A stretch of DNA of 32,000 nucleotides from an archaeon (lineage in GTDB: Archaea; Asgardarchaeota; Thorarchaeia; Thorarchaeales; Thorarchaeaceae), in the NCBI GenBank assembly GCA_024275415.1, contig JAJRZD010000043.1, positions 1 through 32,000 of the forward strand. The letters run 5' to 3'. Below are positions 1 through 9,130 of this stretch, one piece after another. A program made the position numbers and the translations under genes. The stretch's first letter is position 1. Every line of letters starts with the position of its first letter. The notes below the pieces were generated by a model. The model saw only the letters and a program-made list of their open reading frames with translations, searched no databases and had not been told where the DNA came from.

Positions 1-241
1 ACACAAAATACTGATTTCTTAGCCTCCCTCTCAATACGCCTATTGCCTGACCTTTCGAGTCATCAGCGATATAGAAGAAAGAATTCGGGTCGCTAAATTG
101 GCTTGTAATCTCAGAGAGTTCCGTTTGAGTGTTCCAATCGAATACATGCTCCCCTTCGAACCAGTACTGTTTGGACATCAGTCGCATCCATACGTCCTTG
201 AATTCCTCTAGATTCTCTGCAACCCTGATAGAAAACTACAT
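1..241 (-). CDS. Partial ORF running off the window edge, probably a GNAT-family acetyltransferase N-terminus; apparent ATG (241-239) is followed immediately by TAG (238-236)
   Basis: Manual translation: M*FSIRVAENLEEFKDVWMRLMSKQYWFEGEHVFDWNTQTELSEITSQFSDPNSFFYIADDSKGQAIGVLRGRLRNQYFV, open to the edge after the TAG. FSIR and FFYIADD..GQAIGVL resemble GNAT strands beta1-beta3. Next in-frame ATG is at 187. Confidence 0.5.
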
Positions 242-441
242 GACCTGTACCGTGCGGCAAATCTCATTAGTTTTACTACCATCCCGGAGGCGGGAGTGTT
301 CTTTTCTATCCGAATGTGAGTTTGGAAATTATCACCATGATATGACCACGAGAGTCCACCGCAACACGCACAAGCGAGCTCGCACATACGATAGAAGTTT
401 AGACTTCAAGTGATAGGGAGCCAGCTGTCTGCGACAATGGG

Positions 442-637
442 TTTAGAAAGAAGGGGTTGCCAACAGCTGCGAGAAATCTGGATCTATCGTGGTAGGTGGC
501 TATATACAACCGGACAGTACTAAGGCATAAGGTCGAATGACACGCGATGCTGACCACACAGAGTCGTTCCCAGTGCCGTTTTCTGGGAGGACAAGACTCT
601 GGTGTCCAGACTTGTCCAGATTAGAATGAACGGTCTT
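442..637 (+). ncRNA. Candidate structured ncRNA element, copy 1 (family unknown); span includes the putative promoter
   Basis: Homologous to 14897-15098. Stems: GACAC 539-543/GTGTC 602-606, CAGAGTC 559-565/GACTCTG 595-601, CCCAG 569-573/CTGGG 583-587, GGACAAG 589-595/CTTGTCC 611-617. Loop GCCGTT 575-580 is complementary to tail AACGGT 629-634. Confidence 0.55.
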
Positions 638-697
638 GCTGCAACCAATTCGTATTTCATCAGGAGAAATCCGCACCTGATCGTCAATGATTTCCAC

Positions 698-1177
698 TTA
701 GCAAGCATCACAAGGGGGGAACATCTCTAGGACAAGTTGAATAGCGGTCGCAACATAATCAAGACAGACCTTTTCAAATAATCCCTCATCGTTCGCTTTC
801 TTAAGATTCTCGGGATTGCTGATATCAAGCCCTAGAAGGTCTTTGCATTGCAAGGAACCGTGTTTCTCTTTGAAAAGCCTGATGAACTCGTGTACGTACT
901 CGTATGACTTTCTTTGATGCTCCTTGTGATCCTTGTATGTCTGTTCCAATAGTAGACCTATCGCTATCACTGCCCCGTTGACTGCTCCGCACACCTCACC
1001 GCATAGACCTAGCCCACCGCCAAAGCCAGCAGCAATGCGGGTTATGGAGGGAATCTTTAGGTCACGGGCTTCAAGTGTCGATTTCAGTACTGCTTGAGCG
1101 CAGTTATACCCATCAATGAAGAGTTTCTTTGCCTTCTTTATAGCGTCTTCGTGGAGCATCATCATTCCTTCCATCAC
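698..1177 (-). CDS. C_GCAxxG_C_C family putative redox-active protein
   Basis: Motifs YNCAQAVL, GFGGG, CGEVCGAVNG and LQCKDLLG, plus a later conserved Cys; extra C-terminal CDAC. Confidence 0.9.
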   Translation of the reverse strand: MMEGMMMLHEDAIKKAKKLFIDGYNCAQAVLKSTLEARDLKIPSITRIAAGFGGGLGLCGEVCGAVNGAVIAIGLLLEQTYKDHKEHQRKSYEYVHEFIRLFKEKHGSLQCKDLLGLDISNPENLKKANDEGLFEKVCLDYVATAIQLVLEMFPPCDAC

Positions 1178-1524
1178 ATTGGCTTTGCTGTCAAGTGTCT
1201 AGACGAAAGTAGAACTTGAGCTTTTCGTATTGTATTTCTTATACGTATTCGGGCTATTCTCACTTACATAATCTAAATTAAAATCGTAATTGGGGTGGCA
1301 CTTTAAAGAGTAATTTAGGTCCGGCATGAGTCTTGGATCTGGTCAGTTCATCTCAGTGGGACTTTGGAATTGCTGCCATTGGCTTAAGAGGAATCCCTTT
1401 GTTCTAGACGTAGGATCACTGACCTATTAGTTAGTGGATTTCCTTATGACGCACACTAATTTCAAAGAGTGATACTTTAATAGGAGTTAAGTTATTTAGA
1501 ATGTCAGGTTTAATAAAATTCTAA

Positions 1525-2034
1525 ATGGACGTTGGAACCATGGAACGCCTTCTGCTTGTTGATATGGATAAATGCACAGGCTGCAAGCAATGCTCCCTTG
1601 CATGTTCTTTGATTAAAGAGGATTTGTTCGACCCACATAGGGGGCGGATTAAGATCCTCAAGAGAGAAGACATCGCTCTCGGCATTCAGTTGCTCTGTGA
1701 ACAATGTGATGCTCATCCTTGTATTGATGCATGCCCTGACAACGCCCTTTCGAGAAATGATGATACTGGGATAATCACTGTGAATATTGATACATGTAGC
1801 AGCTGTGATTCATGTGTCAAGGCGTGTCCCTATCACGGAATCAGGTTGCATCCCGAAACCGGGAAGCCACTGATATGTGACCTATGTGGTGGTGACCCCT
1901 ATTGTGTCCAACACTGTGTTCCAGGCGCATTGTGTTGGATTGATGCGACAGATGATTTGATGAAGCAGAAGAAAAAGCTGCGTTCTGCACGAATGGCTAA
2001 ATACCGAGACCTGAAGAAGGAGGCGGCAAAATAG
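1525..2034 (+). CDS. 4Fe-4S dicluster (four-cluster, DmsB/HybA-like) electron-transfer subunit of the AOR (start may be ATG 1540)
   Basis: CTGCKQCSLAC, CEQCDAHPCIDACP, CSSCDSCVKACP, CDLCGGDPYCVQHC; stop codon abuts the AOR ATG at 2035. Confidence 0.92.
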   Translation: MDVGTMERLLLVDMDKCTGCKQCSLACSLIKEDLFDPHRGRIKILKREDIALGIQLLCEQCDAHPCIDACPDNALSRNDDTGIITVNIDTCSSCDSCVKACPYHGIRLHPETGKPLICDLCGGDPYCVQHCVPGALCWIDATDDLMKQKKKLRSARMAKYRDLKKEAAK

Positions 2035-3957
2035 ATGTACGGGCATCAAGGACAGATTCTACATGTGGATCTCAAAACAGGAAAGATTTGGACAGAGAAC
2101 TTACCTGAAGAGTGGAGGCAAATCTATGTAGGCTCCAGGGGGATAAATGCCAAACTTCTCTGGGACTACTGCAAGGATCCAGAGATAACGTGGGATGATC
2201 CACGAAATGTGATAATCTATGGCCCCGGGGCATTGACAGGGACTACCGCCCCAGCATCAGGTAGGACCTCGGTGACAACGGTGGGTTGCACAACTGGGAT
2301 GTACTTGAAGAGCAATACGGGCGGGCATTGGGGTGCTGAACTGAAATTTGCTGGGTATGACCATCTCGTTGTACATGAAATCGCAGACAGCCCATCATAC
2401 ATCCATATCGAGAACGACCATGTTGAGATAAAAGATGCCAGCGGTCTCTGGGGCAAGGACATCATCGAAACTGACACTCTATTGAAGAAGTGGCACGGTG
2501 AGGACTCAAGAGGTCTCTACATCGGGCCTGCTGGTGAACGACTTGTTCGGGCGGCGTCCATTCAGTGTTCATTGTATCATGCAGCCGGTCGAGGTGGCGG
2601 GGCCGCTGTCATGGGCAAGAAGAATCTGAAAGCGATTTCCGTAAGGGGAACGCAGCCAATCAAAATCAAGGATCCGAAGAAGTTTGCAGAAGTTGCGAAG
2701 GAAATGCGAGAATTGTTAAGGGCGGACAGTGGAGCACAGTCACTTCACGAGTTCGGCACATCAGGCTCGATAGCTGGTGTGAACGAGCTACACGCATTTC
2801 CTGGTAGAAACTGGCAAACTGGATATACGCCGAATGTCCATCCCATAACGGGCCAAGCATTGAATGAGAAAGGCTATCTCAAGCGACGCGTGGCGTGTTT
2901 TGGCTGTACAATTGGATGTCACAGATATTCTGTCATCGACGAAGGTCCGAACGCCGGCATTGCCAGCGGAGGCCCTGAATACGAAACCTTTGGTGCACTG
3001 GGTAACGGACCAGGTATCATTGATACCGAAGGTGTCCTACTATTGAATGAACTCTGCAACCGGATTGGACTGGACACTATCTCAGCTGGCACAATTGTCC
3101 AGTGGGCGATTGAAAGCTACGAAAGGGGTGTCCTTACAAAGGAGGATACCGATGGTCTCGAACTCGGATGGGGCAAATTAGAGGAAACAATCAAAGCAGT
3201 AGAAAAGATGGCCTTGCGAGATGGGAAACTCGGAGAGCTCCTAGGGGACGGGCTCAAGATTGCCACGAAAAAGGTTGGGAAAGACTCATACAAATGGGCT
3301 ATCATGAATGCCAAGGGTCTTGAACAGTCCAATGTGGAAACCCGCTCGGCAAAGGCATATGCATTAGCTTTCGCAGTCAACCCCAGAGGGAACGACCACC
3401 TGATGACAGAAACCTTTGCAGAGTTCGGAGCCAGTCCTGAAGCAGTCGAACTCATAGAGAAGCTTACTGGTGATAAGAAATGGGCTTCGCCTCATTTCAC
3501 TGAATATCGTGCAGAGATCGTCCGGTGGCACGAGGATTGCTATGAGATCACAGAAGCATTGGGATTCTGTGTCTTCACATCGACCGCGGCATATGGTGTG
3601 AACCCCGACAATATGGCAAGATTATACTCCGCAGCAACAGGCCTAAAAATGTCAGAGGAAGAACTTATGCTCTCCGGCAGGCGGGTTGTGACCCTTGAGA
3701 AAGCATTCAATGTCACTCGTGGGGCGACCAGAGAGCACGATAACCTGCCTTGGCGGTTGATGCATGAAGGGGCTGCTTCTGGACCATTAAAAGGAGAGAT
3801 GAACTCTCCGGAGGAACTCAAAGAGATGCTCGACAAATACTATACCCTTCACGAATGGGACTTGAAGACCAGCTGGCCATTAAAGGCGACCTATGAGAAA
3901 CTTGGTCTGAAGGAAGTCGCAGATTATCTTGCCAATCTTGGCAAGCTCCCTCAGTAA
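2035..3957 (+). CDS. aor: Tungsten-dependent aldehyde:ferredoxin oxidoreductase (AFOR/WOR family)
   Basis: 640 aa; SNTGG, GPAGE, GRGGGAAVMGKKNLKA, CFGCTIGC (Fe-S ligands), GPEYET, GLDTISAG, C-terminal YY..HEWD. Confidence 0.93.
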   Translation: MYGHQGQILHVDLKTGKIWTENLPEEWRQIYVGSRGINAKLLWDYCKDPEITWDDPRNVIIYGPGALTGTTAPASGRTSVTTVGCTTGMYLKSNTGGHWGAELKFAGYDHLVVHEIADSPSYIHIENDHVEIKDASGLWGKDIIETDTLLKKWHGEDSRGLYIGPAGERLVRAASIQCSLYHAAGRGGGAAVMGKKNLKAISVRGTQPIKIKDPKKFAEVAKEMRELLRADSGAQSLHEFGTSGSIAGVNELHAFPGRNWQTGYTPNVHPITGQALNEKGYLKRRVACFGCTIGCHRYSVIDEGPNAGIASGGPEYETFGALGNGPGIIDTEGVLLLNELCNRIGLDTISAGTIVQWAIESYERGVLTKEDTDGLELGWGKLEETIKAVEKMALRDGKLGELLGDGLKIATKKVGKDSYKWAIMNAKGLEQSNVETRSAKAYALAFAVNPRGNDHLMTETFAEFGASPEAVELIEKLTGDKKWASPHFTEYRAEIVRWHEDCYEITEALGFCVFTSTAAYGVNPDNMARLYSAATGLKMSEEELMLSGRRVVTLEKAFNVTRGATREHDNLPWRLMHEGAASGPLKGEMNSPEELKEMLDKYYTLHEWDLKTSWPLKATYEKLGLKEVADYLANLGKLPQ

Positions 3958-4005
3958 AGGGGGAGCCCAATAATCTCCAGTGTTTCAAAACAAGGATGTG
4001 TATTC

Positions 4006-5019
4006 ATGCAAGGCTACAAGGAATTCGGAGTCGCGATGACAGGGGTCTTTCCTGTCAAGGATGCAATCGAACTGGCAATGTCCGCGGAGAAACTGGGCTT
4101 CGGATCTGTCTGGTTCGCTGAGGACTACTTCTTCAGGGGCGGAATCCCCTATATGGCCGCTGGTGCAATGGCCACTGAGAAGATACGGATCGGACTAGGA
4201 GTCGTAAACCCGTACTCTCGACATCCTGCCCTCATCGCAATGGAGTTCGCCACTCTTGATGAGCTCTCCAACAAAAGAACCGTGTTCGGACTTGGTTCGG
4301 GCGTGCCGTATTGGATGTCACAAATGGGTTACAGCGTAAAGAAACCTCTTTCCAGAACTCGTTCCTGCGTTGAACTGGTACGAAAGATCATGTCTGGCGA
4401 GCTAATCAATCACAAAGATGCGTTCTTTGAAGCAAAGGATGTCCAGCTCATTTTCGAACCAGTCCGGAAAAACCCCCCGATCTATCTGGCATTTGAGGGG
4501 AAGATGGGACTCTCGCTTGCTGGAGAAATCGCTGACGGGGTCATACTGTCTATCTTCAACACAGCAAGCTATGTGAAGTTCGCGTGGGCACGAATAAGGG
4601 AAGGTGCAAAAAAGGTAGGTAGAAAACTGGACGAGTACGAGATGGTGTCGTATTTGCCGATGGTAATTGATTACGATTTGGACAAAGCTATAACCATCGC
4701 CCGAGAATTCATGAAGCTCTATTTGCCTCACTCTCAACCAGGTGGGCCCCTAATGGAGCACGCAGGGATATCGAAAGAAACCACGATAGCATTCAAAGAG
4801 GCTGAAAGTGCAGGAGAAGACATCGCTTCGCTGATCACAGATGAAATGGTGCTTACCCTTGGAGTCGTTGGCGATTCGGAGTCCTGCCTGAATCAAATTC
4901 AAGAGATTGTGGATGCTGGAGCCAATACACCCGTCCTGTTCCCTGTTCCAGGAACTCAAGTCATACCCACGGTGGAAACCATAGCAAAAGATATCATTCC
5001 GCATATGAATCCTAGTTGA
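4006..5019 (+). CDS. LLM-class (luciferase-like/Mer-like) flavin- or F420-dependent oxidoreductase
   Basis: GFGSVWFAEDY, IGLGVVNPYSRHP, LDELSNKR..FGLGSG, PPIYLA, GEIADGVIL. Confidence 0.88.
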   Translation: MQGYKEFGVAMTGVFPVKDAIELAMSAEKLGFGSVWFAEDYFFRGGIPYMAAGAMATEKIRIGLGVVNPYSRHPALIAMEFATLDELSNKRTVFGLGSGVPYWMSQMGYSVKKPLSRTRSCVELVRKIMSGELINHKDAFFEAKDVQLIFEPVRKNPPIYLAFEGKMGLSLAGEIADGVILSIFNTASYVKFAWARIREGAKKVGRKLDEYEMVSYLPMVIDYDLDKAITIAREFMKLYLPHSQPGGPLMEHAGISKETTIAFKEAESAGEDIASLITDEMVLTLGVVGDSESCLNQIQEIVDAGANTPVLFPVPGTQVIPTVETIAKDIIPHMNPS

Positions 5020-5034
5020 AAGGAGAATGTTCTG

Positions 5035-6246
5035 TTGGATGAGGAGTGTATACCTGAAAAGGAGCGCCAACGTGCTAGACTGGTCGGGTACGTTCTTACA
5101 ATCCTTGCCACATTCTCATTAGGTGTAACTGAGATATTCGCTCCATGGTATGCAGGAAAGCTAGGAGCTTCTGATTTTGAGATTGGATTGGCGATGGGTT
5201 CATTTGGAATCGTGTATATGTTCTCGCCAATACTAGGAGGTCGGATTTCCGATAGGATTGGGAGAAAGAAATCGCTCCTTGTTGCTACTGCTTCATACCT
5301 CAGCATCATCGTCCTCTACCCGCAACCGTTCATCATCCCGCTTCATATCATTCTTATCCGGTCCTTGGAAGGACTGTTTTTTGGACTCTTCTACCCAACC
5401 GTGGAGGCTTTGATTGCTGAGTTGTGTCCGGAGTCCCAAGGGGCAGTGCTGGGGAACTTCTCTGTTTCGTGGAGCCTAGGTATGACGATGAGCCCGGGTG
5501 CTATCGCATTCATGGTGCTTATGGTCGGTAACGTTTCAATCATCTATGTGGTGATGGCTGTAGAACTGGTTGCACTAGGAATGATAGCCGGATTTGTAGG
5601 TCAATACTCAACAGTCCAAGGCCACCAAATGGCTATGAATGAGCTGATTGAGCGCTATCCCACAGACAACCCGATCAAACCAGTCAGAGAGGGCGTGCAT
5701 ACTAGTGCAAGGTTTGTAGCCTCGTATGTTTCAATCGCATTGTTTGGATTCACTTCCACAACACTCCTTGCATTCTTTACCACGTATATAGAAACGATGA
5801 CGCCATATGGCCCAGAGGTATTCGGTTCGTTGCTAATGGTCTGGAATGTCACGAGAACCATTGCTTTCTTCGTTTCCAGCAGACTATCTCACCAAGGGAT
5901 GGGCCGACTAATGATTGTTGGAAGCTTTCTTGTGACTTTGGGGATGCTGACCATATTCATCACGATTGATATTATCATGCTGACTACTGCGATGGTACTA
6001 ACTGGATTTGGAGTAGGTTTTGCATATCTCGGAGCTTTGTATTCGGTCATATCTGCGACAGATAATGAGAAGGGACGATACGCCGGATTCATAGAGAGCC
6101 TTGCTGGAGTCGGTTTCTTCGTTGGACCTATCGCAGCAGGTTATGCTGCAGGTTTCTTTGCAACAGGGCCCTACATCCTGACGACTGTCTATGCCCTCAT
6201 ATCATTCGTGTTGGTACTGCTCCTTCTCAGAAAGGACGAAGAGTGA
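5035..6246 (+). CDS. MFS transporter (TTG start)
   Basis: About 12 hydrophobic segments; MFS motif A GRISDRIGRK; AGGAGA upstream. Confidence 0.9.
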   Translation: MDEECIPEKERQRARLVGYVLTILATFSLGVTEIFAPWYAGKLGASDFEIGLAMGSFGIVYMFSPILGGRISDRIGRKKSLLVATASYLSIIVLYPQPFIIPLHIILIRSLEGLFFGLFYPTVEALIAELCPESQGAVLGNFSVSWSLGMTMSPGAIAFMVLMVGNVSIIYVVMAVELVALGMIAGFVGQYSTVQGHQMAMNELIERYPTDNPIKPVREGVHTSARFVASYVSIALFGFTSTTLLAFFTTYIETMTPYGPEVFGSLLMVWNVTRTIAFFVSSRLSHQGMGRLMIVGSFLVTLGMLTIFITIDIIMLTTAMVLTGFGVGFAYLGALYSVISATDNEKGRYAGFIESLAGVGFFVGPIAAGYAAGFFATGPYILTTVYALISFVLVLLLLRKDEE

Positions 6247-6254
6247 GTATAGTC

Positions 6255-7028
6255 CTACTCTCGTAGCACCTCATCGAATCGACCACTAAGACTGGGTATC
6301 TCTGTGACGGATTTTCGAGGTGGCGTAGGATATGCGATCTTGCTGTGTGTCAGTCCAGTTTCAATCAGGGTCACTGCTGTCCATATACCTACCACATATG
6401 GATCCAAGATGGGTACTTTATACCTCATAGAGACCTCTGAAAGATTGAGATGATGTGAAAGTCCCGTGCAACCCAGAATGACAACATCCGCTCCATCGTC
6501 CTTGATTGCACGTTCTACTAGTGAAGAGAATTGCTCTTGGACAGCCGCAGGGTTACGCTCAATCTCTAAAACAGGTACGTCAAGAAATCGTACACTTGCA
6601 CAAAAGGAATCCAGCCCTTCTCTACGCACACCTTCGTGCATACATCTCACAAGCGATTGTCCTTGCACAGTGATTATGCTAAACCGGGTTCCTAATGTTA
6701 ATGCGAGATGCAAAGACGCTTGTCTGATTCCAATAACTGGTATGGACGTTATCTCTCGGGCAGCAGAGAGGACTGGATCACACGCACAATCAATGACAAT
6801 AGCATCTACTTCTCTTTCATCTGCGTGAACTATCTGTTCTAAGATGAATGGCGCATTGTATGCTTCGTCAGCATGAGACTCCACACTATGAGTACCGAAT
6901 CTAGCGAACATATTGAGGATCTCGTATCCAGAAGGGGTATGTTTCTTTACGAATTTAGTTTTTGCTGGATCCGTCAGCCAGTCTTTTCCGGTAACCCCAA
7001 TAAGTGCTATTTTTCTCATTTTCTGCAC
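6255..7028 (-). CDS. Asp/Glu/hydantoin racemase family protein (hydantoin/allantoin racemase-like; start may be ATG 7019)
   Basis: Two catalytic Cys motifs IDCACDP and ILGCTG; PILDP near the C-terminus. Confidence 0.88.
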   Translation of the reverse strand: MQKMRKIALIGVTGKDWLTDPAKTKFVKKHTPSGYEILNMFARFGTHSVESHADEAYNAPFILEQIVHADEREVDAIVIDCACDPVLSAAREITSIPVIGIRQASLHLALTLGTRFSIITVQGQSLVRCMHEGVRREGLDSFCASVRFLDVPVLEIERNPAAVQEQFSSLVERAIKDDGADVVILGCTGLSHHLNLSEVSMRYKVPILDPYVVGIWTAVTLIETGLTHSKIAYPTPPRKSVTEIPSLSGRFDEVLRE

Positions 7029-7048
7029 CAGAAAAGTTTTGATTCTAC

Positions 7049-8167
7049 CTAGTGCAGGTTCCCAATAATCTCTTCCATTGGCTTGTACTCGATCTCTGGG
7101 TGTCCATAACGTTCGGGGGAAAATGCTTTGCGACCAATATTGGTACTTCCGGCATATCTGAGTCGTTCATGAGCCTCAATAGCGGTGATGGTCACTGGGA
7201 CACCTTTCTTCAAGTCTGCACTCATTATTCCATGGCCGGTTTGTGGGTCGTGCAAGCAGATGAGGTCTGGAAATATGACAACAGGCTTCTCATCACAGCG
7301 GAGCATCATATACTCGTTCTTGACTGTGATTTCGAGCTTTCCATCGACTTCATCTGAATCAATAGTGACTGATACATGCCAGTGCCCAGCTCTATCTTCG
7401 CCATGTACATTCTCGACCACGCCAGATGCGAGATACTTGCCATCCATGATATCAAGGAATGCATCGATTGGATTATTGCCAGCTGCATTGGCATCTCGAA
7501 TTGCCCTACCAATCTCTATCGATTTTGATATGCTATGAGGAATCACAGATTTCTTCAGCTGTGCTCCAGTCTGGAAATAATGATTGTTTGCACCTGCACC
7601 CCCATCATTGACAACAGTGAACCTGCCAATCTCATCAGCCAGTGCAGGAGAAGTTGTTTTTTCTACTATGATTACACTGCCATTCTTGGTAACGACAGGC
7701 ATCGGGCACAAAGGTATATCGAATCCAATGAATGAAACCATTTGCGTTTCGGGTGCTGAACGACCAAGCCCATCACCATCCACAGTTGTGATACCTGCAC
7801 GTGCAGCAAGGGACAGCATGACTGTTGTATTCGTACCACCTAGCTCGAAGGGAACTAGATGATCTACTTTCTTACCAGCAACCTTCTCAGAAATCTGCAT
7901 GGCTTCAAACAGCTCGTATCGACTCTCCCACGCATTGAGCATGTCACCAATTGATGTGAACGCCTTGACAGAGCCCATGTAGCCGCCACATACAATGAAC
8001 GCGTCATCGTCAACCTCATCCGGGGGGATTATCTCGTAGACCCTTCCGCGTTCGTAGTCCCAATCGACCATTGGCTTTCCGAAACCTACAGGATCGCCTC
8101 CGCCGCCTGTTCCGAGGATGCCGACTCCGGTGAGCATGTCATATGCATTCTCTTTGGTCAGTTTCAT
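7049..8167 (-). CDS. DUF917 family protein, paralog 1
   Basis: GILGTGGGGDP, ELGGTN, DGDGLGRSAPE, VKNEY, IFPDLI. Confidence 0.88.
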   Translation of the reverse strand: MKLTKENAYDMLTGVGILGTGGGGDPVGFGKPMVDWDYERGRVYEIIPPDEVDDDAFIVCGGYMGSVKAFTSIGDMLNAWESRYELFEAMQISEKVAGKKVDHLVPFELGGTNTTVMLSLAARAGITTVDGDGLGRSAPETQMVSFIGFDIPLCPMPVVTKNGSVIIVEKTTSPALADEIGRFTVVNDGGAGANNHYFQTGAQLKKSVIPHSISKSIEIGRAIRDANAAGNNPIDAFLDIMDGKYLASGVVENVHGEDRAGHWHVSVTIDSDEVDGKLEITVKNEYMMLRCDEKPVVIFPDLICLHDPQTGHGIMSADLKKGVPVTITAIEAHERLRYAGSTNIGRKAFSPERYGHPEIEYKPMEEIIGNLH

Positions 8168-8180
8168 TCGGAACTACTCC

Positions 8181-8981
8181 CTATTCCGCTTTGCGTTTTC
8201 CATCCATAGACTGTACTATTTTGTACCATCTCTTCTTCGTCCCAATCTTAGCTCTGGAATTCCAGCTCCGTGTCTTGGGAGCCTCTTCTATCATCCTATG
8301 CAGCTTGTTGGCACGTTCGATGACAAGATCCTTCTGTTCTTGGGTCAATTGTTCAATGGTTGGGACGAAATTGACAAGTTTCTTGATGTTCTCAGTGACA
8401 GTGTAATAGAAGCCCCAATCATCGCTGAGGATGCTCGTTATGTATGCACCATTCACCATCGAGTCGTCATCATCTTCGGATACATCATAAGTGAGAAACG
8501 TAATGACAAGATCGTAAAGATCCTTAGCATTTATCTCAACAATCTGTGTTTTCTCTAAAAAGAGGTCAGCCAAGGAGATGGTGTATTTGTCGATTTCGAG
8601 TCGCTGGGGTTTCTTGAAGTCAATCAGATGACAGAAATCAAGATGGTCATAGAAGACATCAATCTTCCAACCAGTGTGAGGATTCATGAATAGGTCTCTT
8701 AGAGTGGATGCTCGCGCGAACCCAGGTGGTATCCACTTGTATCCAAGGTCATCGCGAAACAGGTTGATTATGTTCTTTTGATTCTTATAATATCCAACAA
8801 AGTCGATATCCGTTGGAACGCGTCCCATGCTCTCGTGAAGTTCGACGAGATCAGGGCATTTGATTCTGAAGGCCAAACATCCGATTACACGCAGAGGCCA
8901 GCCGTTCTCTGCAGCTGCATTCACAATTCTGATTGCCTCTTGCTGGTGGTCTTCAAGGATTTCACCATATTTCCCTGACAC
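8181..8981 (-). CDS. Uncharacterized nucleotidyltransferase-fold protein
   Basis: N-terminal LRVIGCLAF...PTDIDFV and a third acidic strand KIDVF match the pol-beta NTase hG..DhD...D pattern; helical C-terminus. Confidence 0.6.
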   Translation of the reverse strand: MSGKYGEILEDHQQEAIRIVNAAAENGWPLRVIGCLAFRIKCPDLVELHESMGRVPTDIDFVGYYKNQKNIINLFRDDLGYKWIPPGFARASTLRDLFMNPHTGWKIDVFYDHLDFCHLIDFKKPQRLEIDKYTISLADLFLEKTQIVEINAKDLYDLVITFLTYDVSEDDDDSMVNGAYITSILSDDWGFYYTVTENIKKLVNFVPTIEQLTQEQKDLVIERANKLHRMIEEAPKTRSWNSRAKIGTKKRWYKIVQSMDGKRKAE

Positions 8982-9130
8982 TTTTTACATCTCCAAGTCC
9001 AATGTCACAGAGTGAAAGTATAATATCACTTTAATATCTATCGAATTCGAATCTGATTTCTTAAAGGCTAGACCACTAAACTATTAATGTAGGTTAGAGA
9101 ATATTATGCTTAATCGGAGGAAAAAAACCG

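Noticed and set aside
348-361. CACGAGAGTCCACC resembles CACGGAGTCCACC of copy 2 (15019-15031)
   Set aside because: Similarity does not extend either way; likely chance.
129-413. 94-aa + strand ORF in the track
   Set aside because: Overlaps the more protein-like GNAT frame antisense; no recognisable motif.
442-637. Assignment of the element to a cobalamin, Moco/Tuco, HDV-like, HEARO/omega or IS110 bridge RNA family
   Set aside because: Only short word-level resemblances (e.g. GCACTGGGAA, ATGACAC, CAGCTGTTG.CAACC on the minus strand); the diagnostic consensus and topology of each family were not met.
500-711. Minus-strand ORFs 500-697 and 520-711, similar to 14930-15163 (RPFI..TS.DTRVL..Q.TALG)
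   Set aside because: The similarity comes from the duplicated element. Start and stop are not aligned, the homologous HQS.VLPENGTG frame has stops in copy 2, and G:U-consistent substitutions favour the + strand.
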